Assembly (NCBI GenBank): GCA_965231155.1
Contig: OZ246418.1
Span: 573,710 to 637,709 of the forward strand
Reading direction: 5' to 3'
Length of the DNA stretch: 64,000 bases
Source: an uncultured Candidatus Saccharibacteria bacterium
GTDB taxonomy: Bacteria; Patescibacteriota; Minisyncoccia; UBA6257; 2-01-FULL-56-20
The position numbers and the translations under genes were made by a program. This document shows, one piece after another, positions 49,019-55,487 of the stretch. A model generated the notes under the pieces. It was not told the origin of the DNA. It did not search any database and saw nothing but the letters and a program-made list of their open reading frames with translations. Numbering within the stretch: position 1 is the first letter of the stretch; each line of letters opens with the position of its first letter.

Positions 49019-49333
49019 ATGACATACATTCAACCAAAAAACTCAGATCTTCTTTTCCGCATGATAATCGCGGTGTTAATGTCCACAGTTGTGATCACGG
49101 CTTTTTATCTTATTATTGTATATAGTCGCACAGTGAACTTGGCGAATGAAACTCATTCTCAGAAAATTGCCTTGAGAGCAATTATGACAGAAAGTTCTGA
49201 GTTAAAGAGTCAGATATTCAATCAGGTGACAGATTCGTTTTTGCGATCTCGAGCTGGAGAACTTGGTCTCGTTGAAGATAAAAACCCAACATATTTCGAA
49301 CTTCAGAAGCAATGGTTATTCGCTTCTCAATAA
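49019..49333 (+). CDS. ftsL: FtsL-like cell division protein
   Basis: TM plus coiled coil, A.ELGL; position between rsmH and the PBP gene. Confidence 0.65.
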   Translation: MTYIQPKNSDLLFRMIIAVLMSTVVITAFYLIIVYSRTVNLANETHSQKIALRAIMTESSELKSQIFNQVTDSFLRSRAGELGLVEDKNPTYFELQKQWLFASQ

Positions 49334-50949
49334 TCTTTGCCATCATTTTTTGCGCGTACGCGTTCCTTATTTTCCGTCTTTATGATTTGCAGGTAGTCCA
49401 AGGGACTAACTATGTGGCTCGTGCCGATTCTCAGTCAACGGGAGTCAACTGGCAGGTGGCCGAAAGAGGTACTATTTTTCTCACTGATCGCAACGATAAC
49501 CACCTGCCGATTGCTACGGTAAAGGGGGTTTCCTTTGTATACGCCGTACCTAAAGCGATGGAAGACATTCCAGAAGCTGCCAATCAGCTTGCTCCCATAC
49601 TCCAGAGAACGCCAACCGAACTTACGGAACTTTTTCAAGCCAAGAAAAGTTATGTCGTACTTGATAGAAACCCTTCGGATGTTTTAGTTGATCAAGTTCG
49701 GGATCTGAATATGAAGGGTGTCTATGTGAGTGTAAAGCCAACCCGTTTTTATCCATTCGGAACTCTGGCAGCCCATCTCATCGGTTTTGTCGGTCCCGAT
49801 AGTGAAGGTATTGGAGAAAGTGGACGTTATGGAGTCGAGAAGTTCTTTGACAAAAGCCTAAAGGGTGAAGTTAATCCGGAAACAGCTACTGCTCAGGGGG
49901 AGGATTTGTATTTAACAATTGATCCTAATATTCAGAAAGAACTAGAGAGAGTTCTTTCTGAAACGGTTCAGAGCTTCGAGGCACATGGTGGACTTGCTAT
50001 TGTTCAGGATCCTCGGACCGGCCAGATTTTGGCTTTAGCTGGTCAACCGACTTTTAATCCAAACTCATACAAGGAAAGCGAACTATCTACCTTTCTTAAT
50101 CCGGCCACTCAGAAACTCTACGAGCCGGGTTCTATTTTTAAAGTATTCACCATGGCTGCGGGTATCGACACTGGAAAAATTACACCGAATACCACCTATA
50201 TCGACACTGGAAAAATTACCTTGAATGGGAGAACGATCACTAACGCTGATTATAAGACGCATGGACCATATGGTCGGACGACTATGACTAATGTGATTGA
50301 ACACTCACTCAACATGGGAGCGGTTTTTGCGGAGAGAACTATTGGACATAAGATTTTTACGGAATATATGAAGAAGTTTGAGCTAGGAGGGAAGACAGGT
50401 ATTGATCTGCCCGGAGAAGTTTCTGGTAATTTAAATCGTTTAAACCCGAAAGAACCTGATGTTGCGTTCGCGACAGCTGCCTACGGACAAGGAGTGGCCG
50501 TGACACCGCTTAGTCTCTTGAATGCCGTGGCGGCGATTGCCAATCATGGAGTGATGATGAAACCATATGTGAATGCTCGAGGGACTTCTACTGTGGTCAC
50601 GCGAGTTATTTCCCAGGAGACTGCTAAAAAGGTAACAGAGATGATGGTTTCTGCGGTTCGAGTGAATAAAATTGCCCATATTCCTGGTTATTCTATCGCT
50701 GCAAAAACTGGCACTGCCTATGTTCCTGACTTTTCTCATGGGGGATATACTGCTGATGTCTTTAACACTTATATCGGTTATGCTCCAGCTTACGATCCTC
50801 GTTTTGTTATGCTTTTTCAGCTTGAAAAGCCAAAAGGGGCGCCACTAGCGGGTACGAGTGTCGTGCCAGCTTTTCGAGAGATGGCAAAGTTTTTGATTAA
50901 CTACTATGAAATTCCTCCTGATGTTCCTGGCGAAGCTAATAAATTGTGA
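49312..50949 (+). CDS. ftsI: Class B penicillin-binding protein (FtsI/PBP2-like)
   Basis: RGTI..DRN, RFYP.G, YEPGSIFK (SxxK), SLN (SxN), KTGTA. Confidence 0.92.
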   Translation: MVIRFSIIFAIIFCAYAFLIFRLYDLQVVQGTNYVARADSQSTGVNWQVAERGTIFLTDRNDNHLPIATVKGVSFVYAVPKAMEDIPEAANQLAPILQRTPTELTELFQAKKSYVVLDRNPSDVLVDQVRDLNMKGVYVSVKPTRFYPFGTLAAHLIGFVGPDSEGIGESGRYGVEKFFDKSLKGEVNPETATAQGEDLYLTIDPNIQKELERVLSETVQSFEAHGGLAIVQDPRTGQILALAGQPTFNPNSYKESELSTFLNPATQKLYEPGSIFKVFTMAAGIDTGKITPNTTYIDTGKITLNGRTITNADYKTHGPYGRTTMTNVIEHSLNMGAVFAERTIGHKIFTEYMKKFELGGKTGIDLPGEVSGNLNRLNPKEPDVAFATAAYGQGVAVTPLSLLNAVAAIANHGVMMKPYVNARGTSTVVTRVISQETAKKVTEMMVSAVRVNKIAHIPGYSIAAKTGTAYVPDFSHGGYTADVFNTYIGYAPAYDPRFVMLFQLEKPKGAPLAGTSVVPAFREMAKFLINYYEIPPDVPGEANKL

Positions 50950-50951
50950 TT

Positions 50952-52181
50952 ATGAAACCTCATATTAAAAGAATTGTTCAGTTGATCTTAAAGTATCTTG
51001 CAAAGATTACTTTGTGGAAGTATCGTCCGGGGATTATCGGAGTTACTGGGAGTGCTGGAAAAACTTCTACCAAAATAGCGATTGCAGCGATCCTTTCCCA
51101 TGAGCGAACCGTGCGTTTTACTCCTCAAAATTTTAATAATCAATTTGGTTTACCACTCGCTATCTTTGGCGAGGAGAAGAGTGAGGGTGGTGGTTGGTTT
51201 TGGGTTAAAGTGATTGGTCGGGCAATCCTTAACATTCTTCGTCGCGCTGAGTATCCAGAAATACTTGTCTTGGAGTATGGTGTCGATCGCCCTCATGATA
51301 TGCGTTATCTTTTAAGTATTGCGCGTCCCAATGTTGCAGTGATTACTGCCATTGGAGAAGTGCCTGCTCACGTTGAGTTTTTTTCCGGACCACAGGAAGT
51401 AGCTCGAGAGAAGGCTCGTTTAATCGAACAACTTCCGGCTGGGGGATTTGCAGTTCTCAATCAGGATAGCGAGGTGGTGATGGACCTGAAAGACCGAACT
51501 CGAGCACATCGTGTTACTTTTGGTTTCAGTCGAGATGCCGAGGTGCAGATTTCGAATTTCACTACTCGATTAGAGAATGGTTATCCAGTTGGTATTAGTT
51601 TCAAATTAGAATATGCCGGCAGTTTTGTGCCAGTGCGACTAGATGGTGTTTTTGGGAGGGCTCAGGCATATACTGCCGCCGCTGCAGCTTCAGTTGGTTT
51701 GATTTTCGGTTTAAACTTGGTTACTATTTCCGAAGCTTTGAAGAACTACCATCCACCAAAACATCGTTTTCAACTCTTTCTAGGCCCTGATGATTCCGTG
51801 TTAATCGATGATGCATACAATGCCAGCCCTCTTTCTGTACATGCTGCCTTAGACACGGTGAAAGACATTCCAAGTAAGAGGAAAATTGCTATTCTTGGAG
51901 ATATGAAAGAGCTTGGTGGTTTTAGTGAAACAGCTCACAGGGATATTGGAAGGATCACGAAGGGTATAGTGAATATCTTAATCACGGTTGGTCCCGAAGC
52001 TCGACTGATTGGAGAAGGCGCTTTAGAAGTGGGTTTTGTGAAGAAGAATATTCACCATTTTTCTTCGGTTGAGGAGGTTCTTCAGTTCTTGCCAGAGTTG
52101 ATTAAGAAGGGGGACTTGGTTTTAGTGAAGGGTTCTCAGTCGGTTGGTTTGGAAAAAGTTATTCAGGGTTTGAAGGTGTAG
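50952..52181 (+). CDS. murF: UDP-MurNAc-tripeptide D-Ala-D-Ala ligase
   Basis: GVTGSAGKTSTK, NNQFGLP, IDDAYNASP, LGDMKELG, LVKGSQ. Confidence 0.93.
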   Translation: MKPHIKRIVQLILKYLAKITLWKYRPGIIGVTGSAGKTSTKIAIAAILSHERTVRFTPQNFNNQFGLPLAIFGEEKSEGGGWFWVKVIGRAILNILRRAEYPEILVLEYGVDRPHDMRYLLSIARPNVAVITAIGEVPAHVEFFSGPQEVAREKARLIEQLPAGGFAVLNQDSEVVMDLKDRTRAHRVTFGFSRDAEVQISNFTTRLENGYPVGISFKLEYAGSFVPVRLDGVFGRAQAYTAAAAASVGLIFGLNLVTISEALKNYHPPKHRFQLFLGPDDSVLIDDAYNASPLSVHAALDTVKDIPSKRKIAILGDMKELGGFSETAHRDIGRITKGIVNILITVGPEARLIGEGALEVGFVKKNIHHFSSVEEVLQFLPELIKKGDLVLVKGSQSVGLEKVIQGLKV

Positions 52182-52209
52182 TTCGTTTGTTGTGTTATAT
52201 AGAGCGTAT

Positions 52210-52281
52210 GGCCTCATCGTCTAATGGCTAGGACGGTACCCTCTCACGGTACAAATAGGGGTTCGATTCCCCTTGGGGCTA
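52210..52281 (+). tRNA. tRNA-Glu(CTC), CCA not encoded
   Basis: GGCCTCA/TGGGGCT acceptor; GTACC-CT-CTC-AC-GGTAC arm; GGTTCGATTCC. Confidence 0.94.
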
Positions 52282-52471
52282 CAAAATAAGAAAGGACCGG
52301 CATTGTGTCGGTTTTTTCTTATTTTGTAATTCGTATGGGAATCGAACTGAAAGGAGGGGTCGGGAGGAAAGGTATTCCTCCCGTGGAGGAGATTATTTAG
52401 AACCGTGGGTTCTGAAAGCGCAGTCCCGATCATTCGGGACGAGCAGTGAGATCTCCCCTTGGGGCTACAAA
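52268..52471. mobile_element. Small non-coding element flanked by an 18-bp direct repeat of the tRNA-Glu 3' end
   Basis: TCCCCTTGGGGCTACAAA at 52268-52285 and 52454-52471; four internal hairpins; antisense T-loop copy at 52337-52347. Confidence 0.6.
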
Positions 52472-52532
52472 TATGTAGGGAGTTGGGAATATTTTTTGTT
52501 TCTCAAACTCTTCTCAGTGTATACTTAGCTAT

Positions 52533-53255
52533 ATGAAAAAACTCGTTGTTGCGAACTGGAAGATGAACCCTGCCTCTTTGAATGAGGTGGCAAAGTTAAT
52601 TTCCGGGCTGAATAAGATTCAAGTTGAAAAAAATGTTGAGGTAGTTATTTGTCCTTCCTTTGTGCATCTTCCATTGATTAAGTCTCAGTTTTCATTAGGG
52701 GCTCAGGATGTATTCGTTGGTGAGGTAGGAGCTTTCACTGGGGAAGTTTCTCCGCTGATGCTAAAAAAACTAGGAGTGCGATATGTGATTATCGGTCACT
52801 CGGAACGAAGAATGAATCTGGGGGAGTCGGACGAGCTGATCGCTCGGAAGATCGAGAGCGCGTTGCGCAATAATCTCCAGCCTATTCTCTGCGTGGGAGA
52901 GTCGGGGGGTATTCGCAATAAGGGATTTGTGATGAGTAAGAATTTTGTCCTGCAACAACTGAAGAAAGATTTGTCTTTGGTACAATCTGAACAATGGAAG
53001 AAAGTGATCGTGGCTTACGAACCGATCTGGGCGATTAGCACAATGCCAGGAGCGAAAGCTGATAGTCCAGAAGAAGCAGTGAAAATGATTTCTGAGATTA
53101 AGAAGATAACGAATGGAAAAGTGCTCTACGGCGGGTCAGTCAATGCGAAGAATTCCCGAGACTTTCTTAGTTGTGCAGAAATTGATGGGGCATTGGTTGG
53201 AGGTGCGAGTTTGAATCCAGGAGATTTCAAAAAGATTGTTGAGTCTGTCGGTTAG
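52533..53255 (+). CDS. tpiA: Triosephosphate isomerase
   Basis: ANWKMN, GAFTGE, IIGHSERR, AYEPIWAI, LYGGSV, LVGGASL. Confidence 0.97.
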   Translation: MKKLVVANWKMNPASLNEVAKLISGLNKIQVEKNVEVVICPSFVHLPLIKSQFSLGAQDVFVGEVGAFTGEVSPLMLKKLGVRYVIIGHSERRMNLGESDELIARKIESALRNNLQPILCVGESGGIRNKGFVMSKNFVLQQLKKDLSLVQSEQWKKVIVAYEPIWAISTMPGAKADSPEEAVKMISEIKKITNGKVLYGGSVNAKNSRDFLSCAEIDGALVGGASLNPGDFKKIVESVG

Positions 53256-53408
53256 TCGAGCGTTTTCTTTTGAAGAACTTTATGAGTTTTCGATTGCTAC
53301 CGCTCGAACCTTTTTCTTCTCTGGAACCTTGCGCAAGCCGACGGGCTGAGCAGAGCGAAAATTAAGTAAGAATTTTACGCGAGTTCCAGAAAGGAAAAGC
53401 GAGAATTC

Positions 53409-53437
53409 TTGACTTTTTTAAAATACTCTGATATATT
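53409..53437 (+). promoter_or_regulatory. Near-consensus sigma70 promoter driving a non-coding transcript
   Basis: TTGACT-17 nt-TATATT with extended -10 TG. Confidence 0.75.
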
Positions 53438-53442
53438 ATTTG

Positions 53443-53515
53443 GGAATGAGTGCTATGCCGCAAGGCGTTCCACTTAATTTGTGCAATAAGCCCCGCGAAA
53501 GCGGGGTTTATTGTT
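53443..53515 (+). ncRNA. Candidate ~70-nt small RNA
   Basis: Promoter upstream; GAGTG-CT-ATGCC-GCAA-GGCGT-TC-CACTT hairpin with GNRA loop; terminator AATAAGCCCCGC-GAAA-GCGGGGTTTATT. Confidence 0.6.
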
Positions 53516-53546
53516 ATGGAGTAATCCTTTTGCTACTATATTGGAA

Positions 53547-53634
53547 GATAGCCTCTTTACGTGGCTACGAGGAGAGCACTCATTCAATTACAAATTGGAG
53601 GTCACCACTCGTAGCCGCGTAAGGAGTCGTTATT
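53547..53634 (+). ncRNA. Rod-like hairpin RNA or structured murB leader
   Basis: 19-bp stem 53553-53571/53608-53626 with 2 G-U pairs; preceded by TGC-TACTAT at 53531-53539. Confidence 0.55.
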
Positions 53635-53670
53635 ATTTCGAGAAAGGTAGCGTGATGCGAAATTTTTATT

Positions 53671-54618
53671 ATGATCTCAGAAAATAAGTCCAGCGTCGAA
53701 GACGATATTCCTTTTAGTCATCTTGGTAGCTATAAGCTTGGTGGTCTGATCAAGCATTTTACTGCTCCTCAGTCAGAAGAAGCATTACGAGATGTTCTTT
53801 CTTTGGCACGGGAAAAATCTTGGCCGATTTTTATCCTAGGGGGTGGTACGAACTTGCTGGTCAGTGATCAGGGATTTGATGGGCTTATGATTAAGCCAGC
53901 CATCTCTTTCATTGAGAAAAATGGAAATGATGTTCGTGTTGGTGCGGGGGTGTCTGTTGCTGAACTATTAAATTTTGTTATTAGTCATGATCTTGGTGGA
54001 TTGGAATGGGCTGGCGGACTACCTGGCAGTGTGGGCGGAGGAGTACGTGGAAACGCGGGTTGTTTTGGTGGCGAGATGAAAGATGGAATTAAAAATGTCG
54101 AGAGTTTGGATGTACTGACTGGTGAGAAGAAAATAAGGAATCGAGAAGAGTGTGAATTTTCGTATCGTTCAAGTATTTTTAAAGAGAAGTTAAATAATAA
54201 GGAAATTATTACTGCGGCAACCTTTTCTTTTTTTCCGAAATCGGGAACGCTTATTAAAGAGATTGCTGATGATCATATTCGTTATCGTACAGAACGACAG
54301 CCATTAGAATATCCAAACATTGGAAGTATTTTTAAAAATGTTGATGCTCGAGAAATGTCTGAAGAGAGTTTGATGCCTTTTGCTCATGTGTTAAAGCAGG
54401 ACCCTTTCCCTGTTATTCCCACCGCTTATCTTATCTCTGAAGCTGGGCTAAAGGGTGTGACATATGGTGGAGCGACGATCTCTCCGAAACATCCGAATTT
54501 TATAGTGAATTTAGGTGGAGCTAAGGCGTCTGATGTGATTCATCTTATTGAACTTGCGCAGTCTGAGGTGAAGAAAAAATTTAATATCGAGATTGAGCCA
54601 GAAGTAATTCGAGTTTAG
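53671..54618 (+). CDS. murB: UDP-N-acetylenolpyruvoylglucosamine reductase
   Basis: LGGGTNLL, GLPGSVGG...NAG, FSYRSSIF, GSIFKN, KHPNFIVN, EPEV. Confidence 0.96.
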   Translation: MISENKSSVEDDIPFSHLGSYKLGGLIKHFTAPQSEEALRDVLSLAREKSWPIFILGGGTNLLVSDQGFDGLMIKPAISFIEKNGNDVRVGAGVSVAELLNFVISHDLGGLEWAGGLPGSVGGGVRGNAGCFGGEMKDGIKNVESLDVLTGEKKIRNREECEFSYRSSIFKEKLNNKEIITAATFSFFPKSGTLIKEIADDHIRYRTERQPLEYPNIGSIFKNVDAREMSEESLMPFAHVLKQDPFPVIPTAYLISEAGLKGVTYGGATISPKHPNFIVNLGGAKASDVIHLIELAQSEVKKKFNIEIEPEVIRV

Positions 54619-54641
54619 TTTTTCTTTGAACTCTTTTTTAT

Positions 54642-54675
54642 AAAAATAATCTCCACAATGGAGATTATTTTTTTA
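54642..54675 (+). terminator. Intrinsic terminator after murB
   Basis: AAAAATAATCTCCA-CAA-TGGAGATTATTTTTTT. Confidence 0.75.
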
Positions 54676-54910
54676 TTGTGTAAAGTTTTTTCGTAAAATC
54701 TTACGAAAGAAATTATTTTTTTGTTTGAATAAATAAGATTTGATGAATCTTTTTCAGAAAAAAATATAAAAGTGAAGTTATCCACAGATTTTTTTAAAAA
54801 ATGAAAATCCTATTTGCTATACTTATCTTGTAATTGAGAAAGCAACAAAATTTTCATAAGAAATTTTGGAAAGGTCGAAGAAGAACAGAAGAAATTTTAT
54901 AAACAAACAT

Positions 54911-54991
54911 ATGGCAGCAAAGAAAAAGGCTCCAGCAAAGAAGAAGGCCGCTCCAAAAAAGAAGGCCGCTGGAAAGAAAAAGAGAATTTAG
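54911..54991 (+). CDS. 26-aa Lys/Ala/Pro-rich histone-H1-like peptide (not in ORF track)
   Basis: MAAKKKAPAKKKAAPKKKAAGKKKRI*; promoter TGC-TATACT 54815-54823, AGGTCG leader motif, terminator at 55000-55025. Confidence 0.75.
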   Translation: MAAKKKAPAKKKAAPKKKAAGKKKRI

Positions 54992-54999
54992 TTTCTCTT

Positions 55000-55025
55000 A
55001 AACCCCGCGAAAGCGGGGTTTTTTG
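55000..55025 (+). terminator. Intrinsic terminator; core identical to the one at ~53491
   Basis: AAACCCCGC-GAAA-GCGGGGTTTTTT. Confidence 0.85.
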
Positions 55026-55143
55026 TTTGTGTGGTCGTGCTTGTCTATTTTTAAATAAGTGTTCAAATATTTTTTTTTGCCTATTTTTTGAGAAGCTATA
55101 TAATGGTAGCGACAGTAAAAAGTCTTTAATCTCATATAAATCT

Positions 55144-55482
55144 ATGAAAATAAGTATTTTAGGGACAGATTTGGATGTTACTCCTAGCCTCAAGACTTAT
55201 ACCGAAGAGAAGTTCGGGGCACTTGCGAAACTTGTGAAACATTATGATGAGGAGGGGGTGGCTGAGTTGAAGGTGGATCTCGCTCGAAGCACTAATCATC
55301 ACAAGAAGGGCCTTGTATTCCGAGTTGATGCGAATCTTCGTTTGCCAGGAAAAATGTTACGTGGTGATGATGAAAATACTGATATCCGGGCGGCGATTGA
55401 TGTGGTGGAAGAAAAACTTCGGAGAGAGATAGAAAAATATAAAACGCAACACGAAGTGAAGCGTGGTGAACGAGAGAAGTAG
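55144..55482 (+). CDS. hpf: Ribosome hibernation factor HPF/RaiA (short form)
   Basis: MKISILG.DLDVTPSL..Y.EEKF, HHKKG.VF, AAID...EKL.R.I.KYK; upstream of secA. Confidence 0.92.
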   Translation: MKISILGTDLDVTPSLKTYTEEKFGALAKLVKHYDEEGVAELKVDLARSTNHHKKGLVFRVDANLRLPGKMLRGDDENTDIRAAIDVVEEKLRREIEKYKTQHEVKRGEREK

Positions 55483-55487
55483 ACTGC

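Noticed and set aside
47489-52439. ATCATTCGGGA shared downstream of tRNA-Val(CAC) and tRNA-Glu
   Set aside because: Only 11 nt and also present inside rsmH coding sequence; compatible with chance.
53328-53352. c-di-GMP-I riboswitch (GCGCAAGCC-GACGGGCTGAG resemblance)
   Set aside because: Lacks the upstream GGCAAACC/GNRA P2 arm and matching P1; similarity is only partial.
53440-53622. 60-aa ORF in the tpiA-murB spacer
   Set aside because: TTG start at or before the predicted TSS and it runs through a terminator; better explained as structured RNA.
53256-53670. tmRNA, SRP RNA, RNase P RNA or 6S RNA
   Set aside because: No tRNA-like ends, no SRP domain-IV motif, no GAGGAAAGTCC; the rod hairpin is about half the usual 6S length.
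54620-54900. Replication origin in the AT-rich spacer
   Set aside because: Only one perfect DnaA box, no dnaA/dnaN nearby, no visible change in gene orientation or skew; explained by a terminator plus a promoter.
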